A stretch of 64,000 bases of DNA from Antedon mediterranea (Eukaryota; Animalia; Echinodermata), in NCBI RefSeq assembly GCF_964355755.1, contig NC_092670.1, positions 13,502,795 to 13,566,794 on the forward strand, written 5' to 3'. The position numbers and the translations under genes were made by a program. Positions 13,301 to 28,300 of this stretch are shown here, piece after piece. The notes under the pieces were generated by a model. The model ran no database searches and had not been told where the DNA came from. It was given only the letters and a program-made list of their open reading frames with translations. The stretch's first letter is position 1. The number at the start of each line of letters is the position of its first letter.

Positions 13301-16300
13301 AGCTAATGAAAGTTGTCCTTTCTGGGAAAAGCACAATTCAACCGCTGGTAAGTACAACTGAAACACCCGACTCTGACTCTGTCTGCACTATCAGACTTTC
13401 TGACAAAATGTAATGTGATGTGCCCATGGACATGATGGAATCTACTTACATATATATTCAGTCTGTCTGTTAGATTAATAATACAAATCTATTTTTCATG
13501 TGTACAGTAATACCATAATATGAACAATATGTTTCCAATATGTGTACGCGTATGGCTAGCCGGCCGCGACGTCTCAGGCAGAAATCATGAATAATGCATG
13601 AGATGGATTGTTGTCTTATATTAAATACACAATAACAAACCATCCTGCCATAAACAGACAAACATGGAAACAAATTGTGGAAAGCGTAATGTCGGAAGTT
13701 GAAAACGTTAAGAAGAAGAAGAAGAAGAAGAAGAAGAGATTAAATATTTAAAAGTTCCAAGTACTCTGCAACAAAATGTGTACATTTTTCTAGAGGAATG
13801 AGCTATTTAAAGTTCGGGGTTTAGTTTCTATTTCATTTCAAAGTATAGCTCATTCAAATTTGTCCTTTATATTTTTTAAGCTCTGTCAAACTTCATGTGA
13901 CAACAAAATGTGATGTGCCCATATATTGACATGATGATGTCATATCACTACTATATTTAGGCATATTACCACCATATTTAGGCATAATACACTTTTTTTT
14001 GTCAAACTAGTTTTGACAAGTGTTTTAGACAGAGGTTTTAGGTTAACCGTTTCCTATTGTTGAACTATTTTCAATCCTGCTAATCATTTGCCTTATTTAC
14101 CTGTTAATCACGCATGTAAAAATGTCATTATCAACATTTTTACAACTCACGTATGAGTTGTGAAAATGTTGATAACAATACTTCATGAAAAACAGAGCAA
14201 TACATACATTGATTAATATATACACTGATAGGTAATGACAATCGTTATTTCTTATCACCCGCATTAACCCATAATTGCTCAATTATCTGTGCAAGTGTAC
14301 TGTATTTTATATGGTATACATTAAAGTCATAAACATCGAGTTATCGAATGATTATGCTAAGCGATCCATTTGCCTGTTTATCATAATAATATGTAAAATA
14401 GATTTTACATTTCAGAATATTTAAGTCTATCCTTGCTTCTTTACATATATTCTCATTCGAAAGACGAGAATCAGTAAACATATCGTATATAGATACAGTA
14501 TTTTAAGTTGCTGTCAGCGTTACATTCGTCACTTACGCGCAACTTGTAATTAACACACACCGGATAAGTTACACGCAGGTGTGTTTAAATAACTTTGCAA
14601 TTGCGTCAGCGTGTTCTTCTTTAGTTACTGTAAATGATAGTGTAGCCTAGTTGATTTCCATTTAAAAACTTCCCACGGGCAGTGGAAACGAACAATATTT
14701 CATCATACACTCATTAATAATTCATCAACGGTATTTTGCATATTTAGATATTGTACGTGCGTACCGGATATGTAAGGAAGATGGTATGTGGGAGAATTTT
14801 TCGGATTATAACCATTGTCTGAATTATTCGATAGCTGCGCCAACATTTCCAGTGGTAAGAAATATTGTTTATAAAGGCCATAATAAAATAATGTATTTAC
14901 AATATGAATTATTAATGCATTCTATTTTTCCGTTTGTGCAGTTTTCATTTATTTCTGTTTCATATTACGTAACATATTGTAACGAGTGATTGACACATCC
15001 TAATAGTATATTTGGCTACCACATCTCTTTGATGCGAACACACATAATATTTCATATAGTAATACGTTTATAAAATGACCTCCACAAACCGCTCGAGCGC
15101 GCTACCCGAACGAAGTCCTTCTAGAGTAATATTGTAAAACATTCTTATTTTTGCGCAATTATTGAACGAAATTTACTCTTAATTCTGAAAAACACTTAAT
15201 AATTTGTCCGTTTTGTCACGTTTAGAGTGTTTTATACGTGTAAAACTAATGTTCATCGGATCAATTTTTAATACGGTTAACATGTGTGTTGTGTTCTTTT
15301 TGTCACACTCAGACAATTTTAGACAGACATTTAAGAAACATTAGGCATAGAATACAGTATATGTTTTATCCACAAATAATGTTATGATAAATCAATTTTC
15401 GTCACATAAGTGTACAGATTGCTTCGGTATCGTACACAGTTTATATACATTCACAGTTTATATACATTCACGTGCATTTAAAACAAAAACAAATCAAATT
15501 ACTCTAGATTACGAATATGCAAATGTTTGCGCAAAGTATATGCCTAAACCGCGCCGCGTAATTGTAATTAGCGACACCTCATTTCCACGACACGTCTGTC
15601 GACTACGCAGCTGTCGAGTCGAAAGGTCTTTGTGCACATACACGGAAACCAATTATTATGCGCAGAATGACTGACGCATTTGCGTACGGTACCGTAGTAA
15701 ATGAAATATTACTATTTATAGGGTAAACATTTGTAACAGTAATGGTAAATCTGAAATTAGAACATCGTCCTTCAAATAAGACGTGGTGTTTACGCTGTAC
15801 ACCATCTTGAATCTTCTTACTCATCATTGGTCTACAGTATTATTATATTGAGTGGGAAAAATTATCTAAAATGATCTAACACTAGTGAATTCTGACGTTT
15901 TATTATCTGCTGTTAATCTTCCAAGTAGAATTGATATTTATTACGATGCCTTATAATGGATACAAAATACTTATTCAACGCCGGGGGATCTATAGCATTT
16001 ATTATCCATGTATATTTTTTAGGTATTATTCAGTTTTATTGTAAAACGACGTCAATTTATCATACATTTTATCACGTGATCCGTTTAGTATTCATCTTCG
16101 AGAAAAGAAACATTCTTTTTATATGTAAAACTATGACGTCATGTATTTTATACCGATGAACTACATGGCTTACTAGTATGACAATATAATATTGTTGTCT
16201 GAACTACGAGTAGTTTTTTTAACAATAAAGTAATCATCCACACTCTACAAGATAAACCGATTACATACGATGAATTATTACCATATATATCGGTATAAGT

Positions 16301-19300
16301 ATGCAGAGCTTAGTTAAAATAGAGAAACAATAAATAACGCCGAAATCGATATGATGAAGAAAAACAATGTGTGACGCGCGCGTGCAAATATCGATAAATC
16401 ATGTTATTTTTTTGTACGCGGGCGTAAATTCTCTGCGCGTTTTAGTGACGTCATTACAACCATGCTATTTTAAAATAAGAACATTTCCAGTTATCATAAA
16501 CAATAAAAAAATCTTTGAAAAAAAAATGCTTGTTTTTAAATGTCATATTATTTGTTTCGTTAAAATAACATGCTAGGTAACAACATCTGTCAGGTAAAAT
16601 GTCAAAAAGACAAAATGTAATTATTATTTTTCAGTCTTAATAGAAACATGTTTATCATACGTGCCACGCACGTCGCGGATTCTAAGCCGTTTAATGATGA
16701 TTTAGATTGCTGGTTAAACACATTATAAGGTGTTTTGTATGTTAGAGTATGTTTTACTGAGATGCGTTTTGGCTAACGTTTACCCTGAATAATGATGCAC
16801 GAATGTAATAAATATAGCATCTACAGTGGTACATTCGTTAGCCCCAGGTAATCGACTATTGATTATTCTGCACTTGAACTTTAATGCATGTCTAAACGTT
16901 GCTTTATACAGGCTAAAGTAGACCAATAATTTAGTTGAAAATAAAACGCTAAAGAAAATGAACCATAACCGTTTCTTTAATGAAGAAATTATTTAATTTA
17001 GATTTGACACATAATTAGTCAAAATGTTCAAGGGTTTATGTAGCAGTACGTACTGTACATAATGAGCTATCATCAACCAAATGGTGTGGCATTTTAAACA
17101 TTACAGTATAAGATAATTGCATTATATATCAGTCCTCGAAATTCATTCTAAACATATGTGACTTGATTATCCTGTTTGATAATCTTTTAAACAAAGCAGC
17201 ATACAGATATTCTGTACCGTTAAGGAACTGTTTGTCCAGTACCCATGTATATAGACACCCAACGTCACACCAACAATTTTTGTTTGGGGAAAACTACGGC
17301 GACACATTGTGATACTATTTCGCACTAAAGACGCCGGTAATGACTGGGTAAATCGCTATACCGGGAATCCGAATACCAATTTACTCCTGTTAAAATGCGT
17401 ATGCTATATTTCTAGAGATTGAAACCACTAGATACTGAACGTTTTTGAAACACGAACAAGCACGTTCGTTGTAATGCAACACAATATTCACTAATGCATT
17501 TTCTTATCGCAGAACACTTCTTTAACGATGCACTTATCTAACCATTTTAGCTATTTGATATTCATAAAATAATTCAAACACGAATCAAATAACCTTATTG
17601 CATTTACGTAATAATGGGTTACGACACGCTCTGTGGTACTTTACATAGTCATCACTCAGAGGTAACGTAGAAAAGCCTTGTGTGTTTCTATTGTTGGTTG
17701 TTACGCGTGTAAGTATAACCGAAATGTAAACCGACAAATTATCCGGTAAAATTCGAAATATGGAAACGGGGGTTTGATTCCGCTCGAGTTCGATATTGCT
17801 AAAATCAGATAAACTATATAATGTATGTGATAATTTGAACAGAAGGAAAAATTATGCTGCGTTGTGTAATTGAACACTTGGTGTTTTCCTCCATGGTGTT
17901 ACGGTAATGAATGATCATGCACCCTTGATTGAACACTGCACACCACCCTCAACATTCAGATCAATGCGTTTAAAAAGTATTTAATTGTTCGGTTTCTGTG
18001 TGCATGCGTTAACATTCCTTCGTAGCTGATACGGACGAATTACGACCGGTATTTCTCATCTAACGACGATTTCGAGAACAACAACTAAATGTATTTAGCT
18101 CTGTATCGTACACAGCATTTTGTAAATGGAACGGAACAATTGTTTTTCAACAATCATTAATTATTCAATAAGCAATCATAGCTTACAATGGCAATTGCGC
18201 ATGAAACAAACAGTATACATAAACTTAATTGTCAGAACTCCTACTGATATTACCATCATGATGGTTTATTTAGTTTCAGTCATACTTTTCATACACAAAA
18301 CTCGAAGCGCCAACCACATACATATTCATCTTTACAAAACTAGTTCTTTTAAACATAATATTCAGTCTTAATCAATTTAGTGTTCTGTTTTCAGATCTGT
18401 CCCTTTTTCTTAAACTAATGCATTTATCAAAGAAAACATTAACTATTACAATTCCTTTTTCATGCTTCAGAGTTACCAACCTGCTCGTATTCTGTCAATA
18501 ATATATATGTCGTTCTGCTGTATATCTCTGTTCCTGCTCCTCATTTCGCTTTTCATCTTTTACTATTTCAAGTAAGTATTTACGAATTTAACATAATTTA
18601 AAATATAAAAAAATGTGATTCGACAAAATCAGTTTTACGTAATAATAACACATTGAGTTATAACTATTTAAAAAAAAGCATTAATTTACATAAATTGCAA
18701 CATACGTAGACTAGACTTTCACTTTTCAACATGCTTCTTTCTTGAGAATTACGTCATTATCAGTGCAATCAACTCACTCCCATTTCCATGTGAATTAGCA
18801 CAATGGCGTAACCCCTTACTAGGCTTTTTAAAGTGCACAAAATCATTCTGTGTACAAGTGGTTTATAGTCTTAATCCGATACATTGTAGCTACCACTAGA
18901 ATCATAATTACTAAATTACTAATATTATTATGGTGATACGGTTCCACCGTTTTAAAACCGATTTTAACCGCTCGGCCACTCACTTAGTATTATGTTTTAA
19001 AGATTTTTCTCAGATACTGGATTGGATTCGGGGCTTGGTTTTAATCTAGCTTTAAACTGGAAGATTCATTTCAATCCGGCAGGAGATCGATTTCCATTAA
19101 TTGCCGTGACGCTGTAGATCATTCAATTTTCTATTTATAATTGGCGACGGATATTCGGAAATATCATTTTGATTGGTCAAATTACTTGCGTTGCGCGATA
19201 TTTCCGTTGCGTCATCGGGAGTGGAAACCAATCCTAAGATTCTGCATGTTAAATTTCAAACCAAATCCTTCTTGAGTTTATAAATAATTGTTTATTTTCT

Positions 19301-22300
19301 TTATCTTAATCATTATGATTGACGCTTCAGAACTTCATAGTACTATTGGGGCCAGCGATCGCTCGCTCGTACACACATTATGTCATTCCTAACTGCTGCA
19401 GTTCACACAGCCGACCTGGTTGTTTTTCGCAAAATCGGTGATGTCGACGAGTGCGATTACATTACATTTAAATATACAATAGTATACTGCTTTGTATCTG
19501 GCATAAATACAGTTAATGTAAACATTATATACTCTAAGGTTTAGTTTTACTTACTGTACCACAATCTCATCTCAGCCCCCGTTAACACGTCCATCAACGA
19601 AGACAAACTATCTGTTTAAAACATCTATATTCCGGAAATGTTGCGACCACACATGCCAACTACCATAACTAACAATACAGCCTACCCCATACACTTGCGC
19701 AAACTCATTTGAATAACAACACACGGCATACCAAACCGTGTCATACAACTACGATGACATATAAATTCTCTTCTAAACACGTAAAGAAGAGAATTATCAA
19801 TTCCTATTGGCATTTCGGTTTCATTGTAAATTGTAGATCTGCTGCACAGAATATTATTTCATGCAACAAAAATGCGTCAACCGTGAAAGTAATTTGCATA
19901 CAAGTGTACTATTTACAGCAAAACCAATAAATGACAATCACGATCTCACACTTGTTATGGTGTTGCTATCCTCCTCATAACATCAGTACCCTCATAACCA
20001 CGTAATACTACTAACGCTATCTATCACCTTCGTCATTCAAATTGTAGGCATTGTTTTTGTTTAATTTCTACATCTACCTCCAGAAAAAAGTATTAACCCG
20101 TCATTATCATACCTAGTTTTATAGAATAATTTTATCAAACAAAATTATCGACATCATTAGCATAATCCTCATTATCATGTCCATCTGTACTCGTTTATCA
20201 CACTCCTCACCATTATTAAAGCCAGTCACTATAATTTATCTTCATCATTTCGGTCAGTCTATGTGCAGAATCTCGTGGGATCAGACGAGCTTCTGTAAAG
20301 CCCCGATTTGATTATTTTTTTATTATCATTATGTAATAAAACAATCATAATGTATATACTCCTGAAACCATAAGCAATGCTTGATTTGTATAGTTTGAGT
20401 AGCAATCATTACACATAAGTAATCGGACATAATACAAATAAAGTCAATTACTAAGCAACATATATCCTTTATTCCAACGTAGACGATAACGATAATTACA
20501 CGATTAGAAGGAGACGGAGCTATTTTTACACAATATTCTTTGCAGATAGAACTTCCAATTTGTTTGAACCGATTTTAAGTCCTTAAATCACATTGCATCG
20601 TTTGCGATATAATAATTCCACTGTGGATATATAGATAATAATGAAAGATACATTTCTCATTTTTGTATTTTTCTATTACAAATATTTTATCATCTTAAGT
20701 ATTTGTGATATATTGTTGACTACATAATATACACACAGAGCATATACATTTCTCTTATGCTTGAGAAAAATTACTTTGAATATTGAAAGATGTTTCTTTT
20801 GTTCTTTCTATCTATAGACCGCTTAATTAAACAATGGATAATAACAATAAATACATAAGCTAGTATGCTATGATATTCTTTTGAAAATGTAATAATAATG
20901 CTATCAATACCTCGTACCCAGATGCTCGTTAATACCTAATATCATCTGATGGTATCGCATAACGGACTTTCTGCATTAATGCGTTATATAAAAAGTAATA
21001 ACCATATTCAGTTATAAAAAATGACATTATACTATGTGTCGTTAGTCGTCGGATGTACCTTAAACAAAAATGACAACGAATGAAAAAGCACAAACTATGA
21101 TTACAATAAATTAACATGAAGGTTCCTTATAATTATAGAGGCAAGTGAATTAGCCCACGGTACCAATTAAGTGCAAGAATCGAAGTTAAACGACAATCAG
21201 CAGTCCGGTCGAACTAGTCACTAGAAATATCATAAACAACAATCCCCGAACTAAAATTATCTAGGCTACTAGTCTTAAACCTGTAGTTGTTATCTGACAA
21301 ACCGAGTTACGGAAAAACACAATCTAACCGATCGATCGATAATATTGAGCTACCGCATCGGGACGGTAGATGTTGTTGCGATGCGAAGGAACCGAGCCTT
21401 TAATTACCGTTATGACGCAACTCTGACACGTAAACGCAAGTGTAAGAAATTCGACCAATCACAATGATCACAGAATTATCCGAACTGTCGCTTGCCATTG
21501 GTCAACTCGCTTGCGTTGTGCTTTCGTTGCGTCCACGTTGCAGTCAAGCTTTAAATATGCGTGCTATTAACTCCATAGGCGTGTGCATTTTTTATGTGAT
21601 TGTTTCTATTCGAGGATTTTTCTTCAGTACGATCAACAACGGCGTAACTCTAAGATAAATTTGATTGAATTTAAATATATTTTACAACTTCATTTAGAAA
21701 TATGAAATATATGTTTACGATATATGCAATTTCCTCACTGTTTTGATTCGTATAAGCTTGAAATATCACAACAATCAAGAAAAATCTCTAATGCTCATTA
21801 CTGTGTTCATCAGAGCACAACTTATTACAGCCGTAGGTGTAATTTATGTCCTGCTTGACGTGCATCTATTACTGAATAATCGCGTCGGACTGGGCAGCTA
21901 AAGTGTAAACATCTATACTAGGATTTTCTTGACGTGATTACAAAGATATTACGGTATTCATATATATAACAAAAAATTAAAACTTCACACTGTACCTTAC
22001 TATTGAATATAATTTATATGCAGTATATATGTATTGTATTTACTGAGAGAACAAAAATACATACTTGCCAAAAGCCTCTTTCGTACTGGACTTAATCTGG
22101 TAACTAACAGAGAGTCAAACGATTTGACCGGAAAAAATTCAAGTGCGAACCGCCCAGGAAGTCTCACTCCGTAAAACTTACCGTCTCGGTAAAAGTAAAT
22201 ACGCCCACAGGTATAATTGCGAACACATAACAGTGAATTTAAAGAAAAGGCTAATAAATATTTGTTTTTCCATTTTTTTCCAAAAATATAACAAAATCAA

Positions 22301-25300
22301 AGACAATTTAGATTGTAGACCTTTGTGGCGTCTTCTCGGAACAGATATATATATAATACATCTTTTATTAGCAAATAAGGCTGGACTTACAATGCAGTGT
22401 CATAATATGCATCGCATGACGACTGTATCATAGGATATAAGCCTAAACTCTTGATGATACATAACACAGTATATTAATACAAAGAAACAATAAAGTCAAG
22501 AAAACGCCTGAATGAATTGATACAAAAATGATGAAATATTTTGGATGCAGCACCGAAAATCTTTTAAATTGACACAGTTAATTTATTTAGCACAGAAGCG
22601 CGTAGATATTGAGTTAACATTAAATTGTGACTTTGTATCATGAAATGTGTTATAGTACTTGAAATTATAGAGCCGCCTCCCCCTTCCCCAACATTATTAG
22701 TTTCCAAATACTTTGGAAATACTTTCCATACCATTCGGCTATTGTTATGTTTTTTAGGTCTCTCCAGTGCACTCGCGTGGCAATCCATAAGAACTTGTTC
22801 GTCTCGTTTGCATTGAAGTACATCGTCTTTATTTTAGTAATTTATTCTACGGCAAATGATGACTACTTCGATTACACTGGAACACCACCATCTCCGTCAA
22901 TCCTTCAAACCGTAAGTATAACTTGAATTATTTGGCTCAAAAACTGATAGAGGGCGTGCTATTCGCTATTTTTGCCAATATTGAAGATACAGATAACTCG
23001 AGATTTTAATAATGCTTTTTTAACATATCCTGAAAATTAATTGACATTGTCGGTTAGTATACTGTTTCCTATCTTTTGTGGGTTCATTACTCAATTTAAT
23101 TAAATTTAGCTTACTTTTATTTGTATCTCCATTGGGTATCATGGACGTATCGTTAAACAAACTTAATGCCAAGTAAAATTTAGTACCATAACTACTTTGC
23201 AATCCTTTAAAATGTTTAGAAAGCATTTATTTTGCTAAGTTTCATTAGTAGTCAATCAAGTAGGCCTATCTTGTTTTTTTAGTCGCGTACAACGCAACTC
23301 TACAGCTCACTATGTCGGTCGGTCGGATGGTCGGTAGGTCGGTTTGAGCACGTGACTGCAGCCATGTATATGGCCTTGTTGTACATGGGATTGACGTTGA
23401 GCGATAGTTTCGTAGAATAGATATCCTGCGCGGCATGGAAATCACCATTAATATCAAATTGTTTGTCCATTTTGACGCTTGGAATTGTATTTTACGAGAT
23501 GACTTTAGTTCACTCTGTTGAAGCCTACATATATTCAAACAGTAGTTTATGTGACTTTAAAGTGATCACGTGATCAAGTCAATTAATACGAGTTAATGGA
23601 TGAATGTTTAAATGAGGAGGCTTTAGTGAAACATACCTAATATGGTAACGTTATATGACTTATCAACATAAAGCGATACAATAAATCATATTTACAGATA
23701 CTGAAATAACGAATAAACATTGTGCAGACGTGAATAATAGCGGTTAAATTATCATGGGTTTAAATTATGAGAAACGACGTCTGAATCTCTAAATGGTGCT
23801 ATTCCGTATATTGTATTTGTGTAGTTAAATTCGAGGGTTATAATTCTCAATCTTACTTCCTGATGTTTGAGAAAGTAATAGTTGGTCATTGCAAGTCTCA
23901 TGGATTATATTATATTATATAAACCCGGTTAAACACATTTATTTTCTAATGTAGTAGAATGTTTCACTTTATATAAGTTAATTTCGTATCATTTAAATAT
24001 AACGGCTTTCTTGTTGTAAAACATTGAAGCCTGTTTTCCTGTCGACGTTATTCGACGCTATCGTTAACAAAAATCGGCGATCTTCTACGTAAACATTAAC
24101 ATTTTAACGATTTACAGGAAAAGGTACTTTTTTAACTAACGACGACGATAAAAAATGTCGGCGATTTACAGGAAAAGGTGTAATAATCGACGGTAATCGA
24201 CGCTACAAGTCGCGATCGTTGACAATCGCAAGAGTTGAATCCAGTTCCACTCTAGAGATATCGCAACGCTAAAACGTAAGAACTGACCAATCATCATGGC
24301 GATACAACACATGACGTCACATAATTGATGGCAAATTCTGCTGACTACATTTATTTTTGTTGCATCGCGGCGCGGTCAAAGCTAGGCCTAGCCTTACCAA
24401 AGTGACTATAAAATGATGTTCCGGAAAGTAGGCGTGGGGATATTAGGTAGGTCTAAAGCCTGTTTTCCTGTCGACGTTAGTTGAAAAAGAAGACAGGAGT
24501 TTCAATTCTAACGTTCAACGCTAGAAATCAAATGTTCGCGCTATCGTTAACATTTCAAATTGAAAACGATCGTCGTTGAACTTTTAACGATTAACGATGA
24601 TAGCGTCGACTAACGTCGACAGGAAAACAGGCTTGAGAGTCTGTGTCACGGGATAGGCCGAGACAAATTATTGTTCTTCTCCGCCAACAAAAATTCATCA
24701 AGCGTCGTATTTTTTATTTCGCCAAGCATTTGCAATCTGATTTTAAATAGAAGCGACACATATTTTATGAACAGAAACCGCTTATTAATTTTGTTTAAAA
24801 AGTTCATTTTGGGAAAGTAGGCGAGTTATAACATTAACAGGAATGTTTTGAGAAATTGATTATTCCATTATTCGACATTCAACTTCATCTCCAATCCATT
24901 GAATGGAACTGGCAATTGCAATATTCTCCACTGCTGAATATAGAAATTTTTATAAAATTAAAAAAAATCACCCCTTTTTTAAAAGTAATTATCGTTAACG
25001 GTTTCATTAGAAAAAGATAATCTCTCTACCTAATCTATACATATAAATCAATTTATTTTCTCAGCCTGTGGTTTGTCGACTGACGTTGATTTTAGCTCAG
25101 TATTTTGGCATGGTCAATATATTCTGGATGTTGAATGAGGGCGTATTTCTAACAAGTCGAATCGCTATTGCAGTTTTCAGCACAAAGTCAAACTTAAAGT
25201 TGTACTTCATAGTAGGTTGGGGTAAGTCACACTTAAATTTGTCACACTTAAAGTTGTACTTCATAATAGGTTGGAGCAAGTCACATTTAAAGTTGCTCTT

Positions 25301-28300
25301 CGTAGTCACACTTAAAGTTTTACTTCATAGTAGGTTGGGGTAAGTCACATTTAAAGTTGCTCCTCGCAGTTAAACTTAAATTTGTACTAACTTCATAGTA
25401 GAATAGGGTAAGTCACATTAAAAGTTGCTCTTCGTAGTAACGCTTGAAGTTATACTTCATAGTACGTTGGGGTAAATCACATTTAAAGTTGCTCTTCGTA
25501 GTCACACTTGAAGTTATACTTCATAGTAGGTAGGGGTAAGTCACATTTAAAGTTGCTCTTCGTAGTCACACTTAAAGTTGTTCTTCATAGTAGAATAGTC
25601 ACACTTTGGTACTTCAGAGTTATGGGGTAACACTAAACGTTATACTTTAGGCATATTATAGTAGGAATGTGTAAGTCACAATTCAGTTTACAGTATTCTA
25701 GAAAGGGATAAATAAATATCGTAAATTATGATGAATTTTAATAACATACGATATCCGATGATACATCGTTTCACCGGAAAGCCTTGCCACACAAATACTT
25801 AGTTAGGGAAACAATAATATACTCGATTTACTTAAAATCGATGCATTTACCAAAATGTAACAAAAACAGTCATTTTGTATCAATAACTGTCAAGTGTACA
25901 GTTTAAGTAAGGTTGTTAAAAGGTCGTTAACTCATCGACCTCGTGTGCTTGGCACTTTCAATCCGATTAAAACCCCGAGGTTTGCCGATTATACCCCAAG
26001 GTTTGCCGAGAATAAAATCACCACACATTTTTAACAATTAAAAAAAAAGGTCTCTGCATACAGCCGAGAATAAATTCCATACAAAAGAAACGTATTGAAT
26101 GTTGACATAATAGATTGCACAGTTTTTAGTTGACAAACGTGAAGAGTTTTGTGACGTAATGCATCACAGGAACGTAAAGATTTTATTTTTTTAATGATCT
26201 TAATATCATTGGTAATAAAATTGTCTTCGCTTTGAATGAATATTTTTAGAAGAGGGTTTGAAATCGAATAAAGATTGTAAAAATAAAGAGTTTTACAACT
26301 ATCGAGTTTCTTTTTTAAACTTTATTGAACTTTACATTTATAACTTAACTATTTTATGATAATTTAAATTGACAAATTAAATCCAAGAGGATTGAATAAA
26401 ACAAAATAATATATTTTAAATAAACTTCCAGGAATTCCAAATACATATTTTTTTCACATCTCAAAATTAAAATAGTAGAACACCAGTGGGAACCCTTTGG
26501 GACCCAATACATTATTCAGCAAACAGGGACTGACTGTAACGTTCTTTTAATAGCAGTGTTCCTTGAGGAGTCTCCAAAAAGAAGGGTTCCAATGTATTTG
26601 ATCAACGCTTGGTTCCCACTAGTGTATAACGCAGCGGAAGTAAACTTACACGCGCGCAACTTAAGCAAATTACAAATGACGACAATTCGGATATGATTGA
26701 CGAAGACGACGATTTTCGCTTTTCATACGTACCTTTGTGTTATTACGTTGTACTGAGAACAAAACTTATTTTAAAGAAGTAATATTGATATAAACTAGTA
26801 TTTGTCCACACGACAACTTAATCGTAATACATTTACAACTTTTCTAAATGTCACTGATTCTGATTTGTACGCTTCAAGGTATGAATTTAATGATCCATTG
26901 CCAGTAGACGTGTTGGGGTAATCCGTCTAGTGCTTTCTAAACTCATGTCTAGTCAAATACATCCATAATAATACAAGCTCTTTATTTATTTTCACCAGCG
27001 CCTATAATAATACGCCTTGAGCATAACAGGATCAGCGATATCTATTATGTTGCCATATACTAGAACATTTATACGATAATATGTGTGATCTCATAGAGTA
27101 AAGAGACTATCTGATAATCTAACCCTTTACCATTATAAATATAAATGACTTAAGAAAAACATGATCAATATTAAATCGGTTACTTTGTGATAAGTTCCTG
27201 TTAACTTGTCGGGTTACGGGTTGAAATCAAAATAAATAAGGTGTATTTAGGCTTACCATTAAATAGAAACATAATATGTTAAATTGCATTATACTAAATT
27301 TGTCCTGTTTTATACAAATCGGAACGAAAATTACAATGGCTTGCTGAAGTTATTCAAACATGATTAAGGTAGTTATAGTGTTGGATACTTAAAAAAAAAA
27401 AACAATTAAAAATAATATATATTATTATATTACACGTTTTGGTGGAGCTTATTTTAAAATATCGGTGCTCACGTCATACTCGATTCGCGAGATTCTTTAT
27501 CTGTTATGATAGTTGGGCAAACGACAAAACGATGTAATCTACGCCTTCTGATTGATTACTATTTTGTTGTGGGCTCAACTATCCTGTAGATAAAAATCTG
27601 ATTTATAATTTTTAAGATTATGATTAGGATACGATTTTTATCTAAATGATATTTGTGCATATTACATGCGGTTCTAAGATACAAACAGAAAGAAAAATAA
27701 AATAGTCCCCAGCAGAAGCAGTGGCGGATCAAGGGCCTACAAACTCAATTGCACATAGCATTTTTTTGCATCTATTACACTGGTAAATCGCGTTGTATTA
27801 ATGTTGTGAAGACGTCAGTTTCACAGCCGACAAAGGCAAAACAAAATAAATTTATAAAATAAATAAAATGACGATATGAAAATAAGACAGTTGATGCAGC
27901 GGTAGTTTGCTTCGTGTGAAGACAGGTTGAAACAGTGAAGAAGAGACATTAACCTAGGTAGGATTATCACACGTGAAATTTCTATTTTATCTCTAGACAA
28001 GCGTAAATCTATTACACAACGACTTAGCAGAGATGACTCGAGTACATGAACCCAATGGTATGATCCGGACAATCATTATCTTAGAATCTCACCTGATGGA
28101 TTATGCTCATCAATTATTTATTTTACAGATTGATACAACACCTACACCTACATTTTTATTGTCGACATCACAATAAACCGACCGATGACAACAAAATAAT
28201 CGTGTTTTTAATTGTATGGGCGTCAATTGTTGTATGTCCGTTGTTTTACCGACATACGACTCGAACGTGTGTTTCGTTATTTTTTATTACGTTCAAAAAG

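Noticed and set aside
25068-25343. ORF suggesting a duplicated TM4 start (KLYFIIGW) in the receptor
   Set aside because: Read-through into the intronic minisatellite; it ends in a stop and is out of phase with the next exon.
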